The notes under the pieces: model-generated
What the model saw: the letters and a program-made list of their open reading frames with translations, nothing else
What the model was told of the DNA's origin: nothing
The model's database searches: none
Shown: one piece after another, positions 9,511 through 18,523 of the stretch
Position numbering within the stretch: position 1 is the first letter of the stretch
Layout of the letters: each line of letters opens with the position of its first letter
Assembly (NCBI GenBank): GCA_005240145.1
Contig: SBAS01000019.1
Span: 3,277 to 67,276, forward strand
Source: Nitrosomonadales bacterium
GTDB taxonomy: Bacteria > Pseudomonadota > Gammaproteobacteria > Burkholderiales > SG8-39
Length of the DNA stretch: 64,000 nt
Reading direction: 5' to 3'
Translations under genes and position numbers: made by a program

Positions 9511-9644
9511 GAGGGGTTCGCCGGGCCAGGCGGCTCGCGCTCCTGTGCATTGTCGCCGGATTTTTTCTTCGGCCAGAAAAAATCCACCACCCAGTAGCCG
9601 ATGAGGAAGAAGACCACCACCGCGAGGAGTTCAAATCCGTCCAT
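9507..9644 (-). CDS. Small single-pass membrane protein (45 aa)
   Basis: Below the ORF-track cutoff. GGAGG, then ATG, gives MDGFELLAVVVFFLIGYWVVDFFWPKKKSG...PS*. The stop overlaps the next ATG (ATGA). Confidence 0.7.
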   Translation of the reverse strand: MDGFELLAVVVFFLIGYWVVDFFWPKKKSGDNAQEREPPGPANPS

Positions 9645-10284
9645 GGCCCGCCTCCGGCGCGAGTTGCCGCCTCAATTCGTCGAGGCGACGGTACATCTCG
9701 TCGGACTCGTCCACTTCCTGCATGGCTTCGGCGATCTGCGCCGCGAGTTCCTCGCGCGCGCGCAGACGTTCGTCCAGCGGCAGGAAGCGGATAGCGCGCC
9801 GCGCGTCGAGCGCTATGTCGAACGCGAGCCAGGCGAAGCCCAGAGCAATGAGTGGGCGCTGCGCCAGGCCCGCGGCGCGAAAACGACACCAGATCAGGGC
9901 GAGCATCGCGAGCGCATTCACATAGGCAAGCACGAGCGCGAGGAAGAACGGCCAACCCGGCGCGCGGTACAGGCACCAGGGCAAGGCGACAAAGACCAGG
10001 AGGCATTGAGCCGCGGCGGGCAGGACGAGCGGCGTCAACGCATGCACGGCGGTGGAAACTTTCGGGCCCGAAGGCGTCGCGAAAAGCGCAAGCGTCCTCG
10101 CCACGGGAACAAAGGGCGTGAACGGATTGAGCAGCGCGACTGCCCTGCCGCGGATCTGGTAGTGATTCGACCCGAACGAAAGCGTTGCGCGCGACCAGAG
10201 CGCCTGGCCTCGCTCGAGCAGCACAACGCAATCGAAGAGGTACAGCGCAGCGGCCAGAGCGATCACGGCCGCCTCCGTGGTCAC
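9631..10284 (-). CDS. Hypothetical membrane protein
   Basis: GTG start overlaps the DUF2167 stop; several hydrophobic segments and a charged helical C-terminus. Confidence 0.7.
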   Translation of the reverse strand: MTTEAAVIALAAALYLFDCVVLLERGQALWSRATLSFGSNHYQIRGRAVALLNPFTPFVPVARTLALFATPSGPKVSTAVHALTPLVLPAAAQCLLVFVALPWCLYRAPGWPFFLALVLAYVNALAMLALIWCRFRAAGLAQRPLIALGFAWLAFDIALDARRAIRFLPLDERLRAREELAAQIAEAMQEVDESDEMYRRLDELRRQLAPEAGHGRI

Positions 10285-11144
10285 TGCTGTCCGGGCCCGG
10301 GCGGGGAAGATTCCTTGCGGCCAAACAGCTTCTTCAGCAGCGCCCAGGCGACCATCAGCGCGCCGCCAGCGATGACCCAGAGGAATTTGCCCAGGGATTT
10401 GAACAGCCCCGCCTTCGCCGCGGCGGCCGCGCCTCCGCCCAGCACCAGCGCGGCGAGACCGTACTCGGCGATCCTGTCGCCGGACTTGAACTCGGCGTAC
10501 TGCTCGCCGGCGACGAACTGGTATCCGGCCAATGCGCCGTTGAAGGCCTTCATGTCCGCGTTCAGCGTCTGCGGCGAGGTCACCAGGACCGCGCTCATCA
10601 CGCCGCTCCTGCCCAGCAGCCGGCTGGTGTAGTTGACGTGCAAGCCGCCCTTGTCGTCGCGCAGCCGCATGCCCCACTCCAGGCGCTTGGTGTTCGAATC
10701 GTAGTGCGGCGGCACGTGCCAGCCGTCGGTGTAGATCGGCGCCATGCCGAGGCGCTTGCGCTCCTCGTTGCCGGGAGCGTCGCCCTTCTGCAGCGATTCG
10801 AGCAGCGCCGCGGCGTCGATCTTCTCATCGTCCTTGACGTAACCGACCGCCTCGAAGGAGAACACGGCGAACCAGTCGAGGTTCGCGGGCGCAATCAGGT
10901 AGTGGCCGTCGCGCGGCGGATTGCCCATCAGTTCGAGGAAGCGGCGCGTATTGGGCTCATCCAGAAACGAATAGCCCGCGGGAATGCGGATCTTCGCCTT
11001 GGCGCCGATCGTGCCTTCGCCGGGCGCGCGCTGCCAGGCGAGCTTCTGCAGTTCCTGGATGACCTGGTCCGGGTCGCGCTGGGCCTGGACGCCGAACGCA
11101 AAGCAGGCAAGGACGCACAACAGCAGGGAACGCAGGATGTTCAG
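10281..11144 (-). CDS. DUF2167-like membrane-anchored protein
   Basis: Signal peptide; GYVKDDE, GWHVPPHYD, LEWG, NYTSRLLGRSG and YAEFKSGDRIAEYGLAALVLGG motifs. Start is CTG 11144 or TTG 11120. Confidence 0.85.
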   Translation of the reverse strand: MNILRSLLLCVLACFAFGVQAQRDPDQVIQELQKLAWQRAPGEGTIGAKAKIRIPAGYSFLDEPNTRRFLELMGNPPRDGHYLIAPANLDWFAVFSFEAVGYVKDDEKIDAAALLESLQKGDAPGNEERKRLGMAPIYTDGWHVPPHYDSNTKRLEWGMRLRDDKGGLHVNYTSRLLGRSGVMSAVLVTSPQTLNADMKAFNGALAGYQFVAGEQYAEFKSGDRIAEYGLAALVLGGGAAAAAKAGLFKSLGKFLWVIAGGALMVAWALLKKLFGRKESSPPGPGQQ

Positions 11145-11154
11145 GGTCCGGTCC

Positions 11155-12504
11155 TCAGCGCATGCCCGGCAGCATGCCCTTCATATTGCGCATCATGCGC
11201 TGCAGGTTGCCGCCCTTCATCATTTTCATCATCTGCTGCATCTGCTCGAACTGCTTGAGCAGCCGGTTCACCTCCTGCACCTGCACGCCGGCACCGGCGG
11301 CGATGCGGCGCTTGCGCGTCGCCTTGATGATCTCGGGCTGGGCGCGCTCCTTCTTCGTCATCGAATTGATGATGCCCTCGATGCGCGCGAGCTGCCTGCC
11401 GTCCTGCAGCTGCGCCGGATTGATCTGCCCAGCGAGCTGCGCCGGCAGCTTGTCCATGAGCGAAGCCATGCCGCCCATCTTGTTCATCTGCTGCAGCTGC
11501 TGCTTGAAGTCTTCGAGGTCGAAGCCCTTGCCCTTCCTGACCTTGTCGGCGAGCTTCTGCGCCTGTTCGACGTCGACCTGCTTATGGGCTTCCTCGACCA
11601 GTGACAGGATGTCGCCCATGCCGAGGATGCGCGAGGCCATGCGCTCGGGGTGAAACAGCTCCAGCCCGGCGAGTTTTTCGCCGGTGCCGGCGAACTTGAT
11701 CGGCTTGCCGGTGACATGGCGCACGGAGAGGGCCGCACCCCCACGCGCGTCGCCATCCAACTTCGTAAGGACAACCCCGGTGAGCGGCAGGCGTTCGCTG
11801 AAGACGCGCGCGACGTTGACCGCGTCCTGGCCCTGCATCGCATCCACCACGAACAGGGTTTCGGCCGGCTGCAGCTGCGCGTGCAGCGCTGCGATCTCCT
11901 GCATCATCGGCTCGTCGATCGAGAGGCGACCCGCGGTGTCGACGATGACGACGTCGCAATAGCGGGTTTTCGCGTATGCGAGGGTTTGCCTTGCGATATC
12001 CGAAACATTCTGGTCTGAAGTACTGGAGAAAAATTCGACGCCCGCCTGCGCAGCGACCGTCTTCAGTTGCTCGATCGCGGCCGGGCGGTAGACGTCGCAG
12101 GAAACCACCAGCACCTTCTTTTTCTGCGCCTTGAGGAAGACCGCGAGCTTGCCGACGGTGGTGGTCTTGCCCGAGCCCTGCAGGCCGGCCATCAGGATCA
12201 CCGCGGGCGGCGCGACGGCGAGGTCGAGCTGCGCGTTCGCTTCGCCCATCAGGCGCGCGAGCTCGCGATGCACGATGCCCACCAGCGCCTGCCCCGGCGT
12301 GAGGCTGCCGATCACCTCCTGGCCGAGCGCCGCCACGCGCACCTGCTCGATGAAATGCTTCACCACCGGCAGCGCGACGTCAGCTTCGAGCAGCGCGATG
12401 CGCACTTCGCGCAGCGCCTCCTGCACGTTGGCTTCGGTCAGGCGCGCTTCGCCGCGGATCGTCTTGACGATCCTGGCAAGGCGTGCGGTCAGGTTATCGA
12501 GCAT
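11155..12504 (-). CDS. ffh: Signal recognition particle protein
   Basis: ALLEADV, GLQGSGKTT, DTAGR, TKLDGDARGG and RILGMGD motifs; Met-rich tail. Confidence 0.98.
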   Translation of the reverse strand: MLDNLTARLARIVKTIRGEARLTEANVQEALREVRIALLEADVALPVVKHFIEQVRVAALGQEVIGSLTPGQALVGIVHRELARLMGEANAQLDLAVAPPAVILMAGLQGSGKTTTVGKLAVFLKAQKKKVLVVSCDVYRPAAIEQLKTVAAQAGVEFFSSTSDQNVSDIARQTLAYAKTRYCDVVIVDTAGRLSIDEPMMQEIAALHAQLQPAETLFVVDAMQGQDAVNVARVFSERLPLTGVVLTKLDGDARGGAALSVRHVTGKPIKFAGTGEKLAGLELFHPERMASRILGMGDILSLVEEAHKQVDVEQAQKLADKVRKGKGFDLEDFKQQLQQMNKMGGMASLMDKLPAQLAGQINPAQLQDGRQLARIEGIINSMTKKERAQPEIIKATRKRRIAAGAGVQVQEVNRLLKQFEQMQQMMKMMKGGNLQRMMRNMKGMLPGMR

Positions 12505-12523
12505 GGGGTGCTAAACTGAAGAC

Positions 12524-13372
12524 GTGCCCGACATTGTAATTCACGTCGTCGCGAGTACCCTGTACGCCGCGCTCGCCTTGCACTTCTGGCAAACGCGCTG
12601 GCGCGTTCAACCCGAGCGTTGGCGCCTTCGGCCGGCTGCAGCGCCAGGCGCTTCGAGCGAACTGCGCGCGTGGGAACGCGCCGCGATCCTGCTGCCCCTG
12701 CTGCTCCACGGCGGGCTCCTGTATGAAGAAATCTTCGCCGCGCCGCAGATGCGCTTCGGTTTCGCGCAGGCGCTGTCGATGATGCTGTGGCTGGCGGTGG
12801 CGATCTGCTGGCTCGAGGGCCTCGCCTACCGCATCGAGGCGCTGTTGCCGATGGTGCTCGTGATCGCGGCCCTGTGCGCCCCGCTGCCCGGATTCTTTTC
12901 CGGCCGCGTTACGCCGGATGCGTACTCGCTGCAATTCAAGCTGCATTTGTTCGCCGGCATGCTCGCCTACAGCCTGTTCGCCGTCGCGACGTTCCACGCC
13001 CTGCTCATTTCCTTCGTCGAGCGCCAGTTGCACCTGCACCCGAGCGTGGTCGATCGCGGCGTGCCGCCCCTGCTTTCGCTCGAAGCGCTGGTGTTCAAGC
13101 TCACCGGCGCGGCCTTCGCGGTCCTCACGCTGACCTTTGCGGTGGGCATCGCCTACTCGGAGAACATCTTCGGGCGCGCGCTACGCTTCGACCACAAGAC
13201 CGTGTTCGTGGTGCTGTCATGGCTGATATTCGGCCTGCTGCTCGCCGGCCGCCTCCTCTACGGCTGGCGCGGCCGCACTGCGTTGCGCTGGACGCTCGCC
13301 GGCTTCCTCATGCTCATGCTCGCCTATCCCGGCAGCCGCTTCGTGCTCGAAGTCATCCTCGGGCGCAGCTGA
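12524..13372 (+). CDS. CcsA/YpjD-family inner membrane protein (cytochrome c assembly domain)
   Basis: Multi-TM; PPLLSLE, HKTVF and GWRGRTA motifs; divergent from ffh, as ypjD is. Confidence 0.88.
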   Translation: MPDIVIHVVASTLYAALALHFWQTRWRVQPERWRLRPAAAPGASSELRAWERAAILLPLLLHGGLLYEEIFAAPQMRFGFAQALSMMLWLAVAICWLEGLAYRIEALLPMVLVIAALCAPLPGFFSGRVTPDAYSLQFKLHLFAGMLAYSLFAVATFHALLISFVERQLHLHPSVVDRGVPPLLSLEALVFKLTGAAFAVLTLTFAVGIAYSENIFGRALRFDHKTVFVVLSWLIFGLLLAGRLLYGWRGRTALRWTLAGFLMLMLAYPGSRFVLEVILGRS

Positions 13373-13380
13373 AGGATCGC

Positions 13381-14670
13381 TTGGACGACATCCCGCTAAG
13401 CTGGCAGATCGGCGCGCTGTGCGTGCTGCTCGCGATTTCGGCTTTCTTTTCGATCGCCGAAACGAGCATGATGGCGCTGAACCGCTACCGCCTGAAGCAC
13501 CTCGTCGTCGAAGGCCACCGCGGCGCGATACGCGCCACGGCCCTGCTCAAGCATACCGACCGGTTTCTCGGCGCGGTCCTGATCGGCAACAATCTGGTGA
13601 ACACGGCGGTCGCGACTCTCTCCAGCGTAATTTCGATCCGCCTGTTCGGCGAAGGCAACCTGGGCTGGGCGGTCACTGCGAGCACGGTCGCAGCCTCGTT
13701 CCTCATCGTGGTGTTTGCGGAGATCACGCCCAAGGTGATAGGCGCCACCTACCCGGAACGTATCGGCCTGGCGATTTCCTGGCTGGTGAAGCCCGCGCAA
13801 TGGCTGCTGGCGCCGGGGATCTGGCTGGTGAACCTGTTCGTGCAGCCGATGCTGAAACTGATGCGCATCCGCACCGATCCGGAAGCGCACCGCCTGTCGC
13901 CGGCGGAGATCCGCTCGCTGGTGCTGGAATCCTCCAGCTTCATGCCGAAGAAGCACTTCTCGATCCTCATGAACTTGTTCGACGTCGGCGAAATCACGGT
14001 GCACGACGTGATGGTGCCGCGCGCCAAGATCGCGGCGATCCGCCTCGACGATGAGATGGAGGTCATCGCGCGCCAGCTCACCACCAGCTATTACCGCGAG
14101 TTGCCGGTGTTCCGTGGCGGCAGCGACGAAGTCGCCGGCGTGCTGCACCTGCGCAAGGTGCTCGGGCTGCTGTTCTCCGGCGCGCTCGACAAGAAGGCGA
14201 TCGAGGACGTGCTGGATGAACCCTACTTCGTGCCCGCCACCACCCCGGCGATCGCGCAGCTGCAGTATTTCCAGGACCAGCGCGAGCGCATCGGCCTGGT
14301 GGTGGACGAATATGGCGAACTGATGGGGCTGGTGACGCTCGAAGGCATCATCGAGGAGATCATCGGCAAGTTCACCACTTCGCTGCCCTCGGCCACCCGG
14401 GCTTTGTCCTGGGACGAGGATGGCGCCGCGACGACCGACGGCGCGACGCCGGTACGCGAGGTGAACCGCGCCCTCGGCCTCGAGTTGCCGACCGACGGGC
14501 CGAAGACCCTGAACGGCCTGATCCTAGAGCACCTGCAGGACATTCCCGAGGCCAACGTCTCGCTCAAGATTGCCGGCGTGCCGATCGAGATCCTGAGCGC
14601 TCAGGGCCGCGCAGTGAAGTCGGTGCGGCTGTTTCGCCCGCCGAGCGTGCTGCTCGAAAACCCAGCTTGA
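13381..14670 (+). CDS. CNNM/HlyC-CorC family transporter (DUF21-CBS-CorC)
   Basis: SAFFSIAET, LIGNNLVN, EITPK, VMVPR and VVDEYG motifs; TTG start at 13381. Confidence 0.92.
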   Translation: MDDIPLSWQIGALCVLLAISAFFSIAETSMMALNRYRLKHLVVEGHRGAIRATALLKHTDRFLGAVLIGNNLVNTAVATLSSVISIRLFGEGNLGWAVTASTVAASFLIVVFAEITPKVIGATYPERIGLAISWLVKPAQWLLAPGIWLVNLFVQPMLKLMRIRTDPEAHRLSPAEIRSLVLESSSFMPKKHFSILMNLFDVGEITVHDVMVPRAKIAAIRLDDEMEVIARQLTTSYYRELPVFRGGSDEVAGVLHLRKVLGLLFSGALDKKAIEDVLDEPYFVPATTPAIAQLQYFQDQRERIGLVVDEYGELMGLVTLEGIIEEIIGKFTTSLPSATRALSWDEDGAATTDGATPVREVNRALGLELPTDGPKTLNGLILEHLQDIPEANVSLKIAGVPIEILSAQGRAVKSVRLFRPPSVLLENPA

Positions 14671-14752
14671 AGTGATTTTTCCCACATTTGGCCAAGCCCT
14701 TGTATCGGCGCTAGAATCTTTCCTCACCCCGGGATCCGGGAGGGAGCAGCAC

Positions 14753-15979
14753 ATGGCGACTGCAGCGGCGGCGGCAAAGGGCGGACCCAAGGAAGTCACC
14801 TTCGTCTGGGAAGGCAAGGACAAGGCCGGCAAGACCGTGCGCGGCGAAATGCGCTCGGCCGGCGAGAACATGGTTCAGGCCGCGCTGCGCCGCCAGGGAA
14901 TCACGGGCGCGAGCGTCAAGAAGCAAAAAGCCGGCCGCGGCGGCAGCGTCTCAGAAAAAGACGTCGCCCTCTTCACGCGCCAGATGGCGACGATGATGAA
15001 AGCCGGCGTGCCCCTGCTACAGGCCTTCGACATCGTCGCCAAGGGCTCCGACAACCCCGCGGTGACCAGGTTGCTGGTCGAGATCAAGACCGAGGTCGAA
15101 ACGGGCTCTTCGCTCGCGCAGGCGTTCCGCAAGTACCCGCTGTATTTCGACACCCTGTACTGCAACCTGGTAGCGGCGGGCGAGGCGGCCGGTATTCTGG
15201 AAGCCCTGCTCGACCGGCTCGCGATTTACAAGGAAAAGACGCTCGCCATCAAATCGAAGATCAAGTCGGCGCTGTTCTACCCGGTGTCGATCATCGTCGT
15301 GGCGCTGGTTATCACCTCGGTGATCATGATTTTCGTCATCCCCGCGTTCAAGGGCGTGTTCGCGAGCTTCGGCGCGGACCTGCCGACGCCGACCCTGATC
15401 GTGATGGGCATCTCCGACTGGGTGGTGGGGAACTGGTACGTCATCTTCCCGGCGCTGGGCGGCGGCGTGTACGGCTTCCTCGAGGCCTGGAAGCGCTCTC
15501 TCGCGGTGCAAATTTTCATGGACCGGATCAGCCTGAAAGCGCCGGTATTCGGCTCGCTGCTCAGGAAGGCCGCGATCGCGCGCTGGACGCGCACGCTCTC
15601 GACGATGTTCGCCGCCGGCGTGCCGCTGGTCGAGGCGCTCGACTCGGTCGGCGGCGCCTCAGGCAACTACGTCTACCTGCAGGCGACGCTCAAGATCAAG
15701 CAGGAGGTCTCCGGCGGTACCGCGCTCACGGTCGCGATGCAGAACGCGAACGTATTCCCCTCCATGGTGCTGCAGCTGTGCCTGATCGGCGAGGAAACCG
15801 GCGCGCTCGATGCGATGCTGGGCAAGGTCGCTGACTTCTACGAGGCCGAGGTCGATGACGCGGTCGACGCGCTGTCTTCCCTCATGGAACCGATCATCAT
15901 GGTGGTGCTCGGCACGCTGATCGGCGGCATGGTGATCGCGATGTACCTGCCGATCTTCAAGATGGGCGGCGCCGTCTGA
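14753..15979 (+). CDS. pilC: Type IV pilus platform protein (T2SS F family)
   Basis: FTRQMATMMKAGVPLLQA, AGEAAG, GEETGALD and MYLPIF motifs. Candidate promoter TTGGCC-N18-TAGAAT at 14688-14717. Confidence 0.95.
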   Translation: MATAAAAAKGGPKEVTFVWEGKDKAGKTVRGEMRSAGENMVQAALRRQGITGASVKKQKAGRGGSVSEKDVALFTRQMATMMKAGVPLLQAFDIVAKGSDNPAVTRLLVEIKTEVETGSSLAQAFRKYPLYFDTLYCNLVAAGEAAGILEALLDRLAIYKEKTLAIKSKIKSALFYPVSIIVVALVITSVIMIFVIPAFKGVFASFGADLPTPTLIVMGISDWVVGNWYVIFPALGGGVYGFLEAWKRSLAVQIFMDRISLKAPVFGSLLRKAAIARWTRTLSTMFAAGVPLVEALDSVGGASGNYVYLQATLKIKQEVSGGTALTVAMQNANVFPSMVLQLCLIGEETGALDAMLGKVADFYEAEVDDAVDALSSLMEPIIMVVLGTLIGGMVIAMYLPIFKMGGAV

Positions 15980-15997
15980 GCGGCTAGGGCGCCATTC

Positions 15998-16855
15998 ATG
16001 TCGGCTCTGGGCTGGTTGACCCAGCCCGCAGTCTTTCCCTGGGTCGCCCTGGTCCTGGGCCTGTGCATCGGTTCGTTCCTGAACGTGGTGATCCATCGCC
16101 TGCCGAAGATGATGGAGCGCGCCTGGCGCGCCGATTGCGCCGAACTCGCCGGGCAGCCGGTGCCGCCGGAAGGGACCTACAACCTGTGCGTGCCGCGCTC
16201 GAATTGCCCCGGCTGCGGCCGCAACATCCGCGCGCTCGAGAACCTGCCGCTCGCGAGCTGGCTGGTATTGCGCGGCAAATGCGCCGGCTGCGGCAAGCCG
16301 ATCGGGCTGCGCTACCCGCTGGTCGAATTGCTCGCGGGGCTGGGCGCGGCCTGGTCGGCGTGGCATTTCGGTTTCGGCCCCGCTGCGTTCGCCGGGATGC
16401 TTTTCATCTGGTGCACCATCGCCCTCGCCTTCATCGACCAGGCCACCGGCTATCTCCCCGACGACATCACACTGCCGCTGCTGTGGGCGGGATTGCTCTT
16501 CAATACCGCGGCGACCTTCGTGCCGCTCTACGACGCGGTGGTCGGCGCCGCCGCGGGGTACTTGTCGCTGTGGCTCATTTACTGGGCCTACTGGCTCGCC
16601 ACCGGCAAAGAGGGCATGGGTTTCGGCGACTTCAAGATGAGCGCGGCGATCGGCGCTTTTTTCGGCTGGAAGCTGCTGCCGCTGGTGATCCTGCTTTCCT
16701 CGATGGTGGGCCTCGCCTTCGGCGTGCTGCAGATGGTGGCGGCGAAACGCGGCTGGGACGGCGCGTTTCGCTTTCATTTCGGGCCTTACCTCGCGATCGC
16801 CGCCATCGTGGCGATGTTCTGGGGCCAGCCCATCATGCGCTGGTACCTGAATTGA
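15998..16855 (+). CDS. pilD: Prepilin peptidase/N-methyltransferase
   Basis: GSFLNVVIHRLP, two CxxC motifs, LPD, EGMGFGDFK and FGPYL. Confidence 0.96.
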   Translation: MSALGWLTQPAVFPWVALVLGLCIGSFLNVVIHRLPKMMERAWRADCAELAGQPVPPEGTYNLCVPRSNCPGCGRNIRALENLPLASWLVLRGKCAGCGKPIGLRYPLVELLAGLGAAWSAWHFGFGPAAFAGMLFIWCTIALAFIDQATGYLPDDITLPLLWAGLLFNTAATFVPLYDAVVGAAAGYLSLWLIYWAYWLATGKEGMGFGDFKMSAAIGAFFGWKLLPLVILLSSMVGLAFGVLQMVAAKRGWDGAFRFHFGPYLAIAAIVAMFWGQPIMRWYLN

Positions 16856-17454
16856 GACTCGTAGTCGGCCTCACCGGCGGCATCGGCAGCGGCAAGAGCG
16901 CGGCCGCGGAGGAACTTGCGCGCCTCGGCGCGACCGTGGTCGACACCGACGCCATCTCCCACCAGCTCACCGCGGCGGGCGGCGCGGCGGTGCCGGAAAT
17001 CATGCGCCAGTTCGGCAGCGCCTTCGTCGATGCGACCGGCGCCATGAACCGCAAGCGCATGCGCGAGCTCGTGTTCGCTGACGCGGAGGAAAAGCAGCGC
17101 CTGGAAGCACTGCTGCACCCCATGATCGGCGCCGAATCGGCGCGCCGCATCGCCGCCGCCACCGGACCCTATGCGGTGCACGTGGTGCCGCTCCTGATCG
17201 AATCGCAGGGATATCGCGAACGGGTCGGGCGCGTACTGGTCGTCGACTGCCCGGAGGATTTCCAGGTGGCCCGGGTACGCCAGCGCAGCGGCCTGCCGGA
17301 AGGCGAAATCCGCCGCATCATCGCAAGCCAGATCAAGAGGGAGAAACGCCTCGCCGCGGCGGACGATGTGATCGACAATTCGGGCTCCATTGCGGCGCTG
17401 CAGCAACAGGTTCAAAAACTGCATGAAAAGTACCTGGCCTTGGCGAAAGCCTAG
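16852..17454 (+). CDS. coaE: Dephospho-CoA kinase
   Basis: GLTGGIGSGKS, LEALLHP, VPLLIE and ADDVIDNSG motifs; TTG start overlaps the pilD stop. Confidence 0.96.
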   Translation: MRLVVGLTGGIGSGKSAAAEELARLGATVVDTDAISHQLTAAGGAAVPEIMRQFGSAFVDATGAMNRKRMRELVFADAEEKQRLEALLHPMIGAESARRIAAATGPYAVHVVPLLIESQGYRERVGRVLVVDCPEDFQVARVRQRSGLPEGEIRRIIASQIKREKRLAAADDVIDNSGSIAALQQQVQKLHEKYLALAKA

Positions 17455-17522
17455 AAGTCAATTTGTGTTGATGGCGTAAATCACTCAGAATCCTCGCATT
17501 TTCGCCCTTCGGCGAGGCGCGT

Positions 17523-18287
17523 CTGGCCGTCATTACGTACGAGTATCCACTCAACGAGCGCATCCGGACCCTGCTGCGCCTGGAGGATCTGTTCGAGCGC
17601 TCGCGCCATTTCATTGCCCGAACCGACCCGCTCGACCACCACGTGGCGCTGCTCACGCTGTTCGAGATCCTCGAAGCGGCGGGCCGCGCCGACCTCAAAT
17701 CCGACCTGCTGCAGGAACTCGGACGGCAGAAGCAGGTGCTGCTGTCCTTCCGCAACAACCCGGATATCTCGGAAGAGGCGCTCTCGGGCGTGCTGCGCGA
17801 CATCGAGCAGGCCGCGGCGGCGCTCTTCTCCATGACCGGCAGGATCGGCCAGTACCTGCGCGAGAACGAGTGGCTGATGTCGATCAAGCAGCGTACCGGC
17901 ATCCCCGGCGGCGCCTGCGAGTTCGACCTGCCCTCTTACCACTACTGGCTGCACCGGCCCGCCGAGGAAAGGATCGGGCAGCTGGCGGCCTGGACCAGCC
18001 CCCTCTACCCGCTGCGCGACGGCACCGCGATCATCCTGCGCATCCTGCGCGAGTCGGGCAAGCCACAGAGCCTCGCCGCGCCGCTGGGCACCTTTCAGCA
18101 GATGCTGGGGGGCAAGACCGCGCAGATGCTGCGCGTGCGCCTGGAGCCGGGGCTGCGCTGCGTGCCGGAAATCAGCGCCAACAAGTACGTCCTCAACATC
18201 CGTTTCCTCGCGCAAAACGGCGAGGAGACGCGCGCCAAGACCGCCGACTGGGATGTCGGCTTCGAGCTGAACTTCTGTAATCTCTAA
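17523..18287 (+). CDS. zapD: Cell division protein ZapD
   Basis: The conserved N-terminus YEYPLNERIRTLLRLE lies upstream of the track's start (17643); also IPGGACEFDLP and PEISANK motifs. Start inferred at CTG 17523. Confidence 0.93.
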   Translation: MAVITYEYPLNERIRTLLRLEDLFERSRHFIARTDPLDHHVALLTLFEILEAAGRADLKSDLLQELGRQKQVLLSFRNNPDISEEALSGVLRDIEQAAAALFSMTGRIGQYLRENEWLMSIKQRTGIPGGACEFDLPSYHYWLHRPAEERIGQLAAWTSPLYPLRDGTAIILRILRESGKPQSLAAPLGTFQQMLGGKTAQMLRVRLEPGLRCVPEISANKYVLNIRFLAQNGEETRAKTADWDVGFELNFCNL

Positions 18288-18293
18288 GGCAGC

Positions 18294-18515
18294 TTGTCTG
18301 CCGCTGCCCGCACATCCAGCTTGTCTGCCGCTCCATCCAGGACGGTTCCTTGCCCGCGCTGCGGCGCGCAGGCGCCCTATGCGCCGGAGAACCCGTGGCG
18401 CCCGTTCTGCACCGAACGCTGCCGCATGATCGACCTTGGCAACTGGGCCGCCGAGACCTACCGCGTGCCCGTCCCGCCGGAGCCGCCGTCTGACGCCGAG
18501 CCGGGCGAAAAGTAA
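18294..18515 (+). CDS. yacG: DNA gyrase inhibitor YacG
   Basis: CPRC...[22 protein letters not shown] motif. Confidence 0.95.
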   Translation: MSAAARTSSLSAAPSRTVPCPRCGAQAPYAPENPWRPFCTERCRMIDLGNWAAETYRVPVPPEPPSDAEPGEK

Positions 18516-18523
18516 ACTCTGCC

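Noticed and set aside
14689-14704. sigma54 promoter upstream of pilC (TGGCCAAGCCCTTGTA)
   Set aside because: The -12 dinucleotide is GT rather than GC, and a sigma70-like reading fits at least as well.
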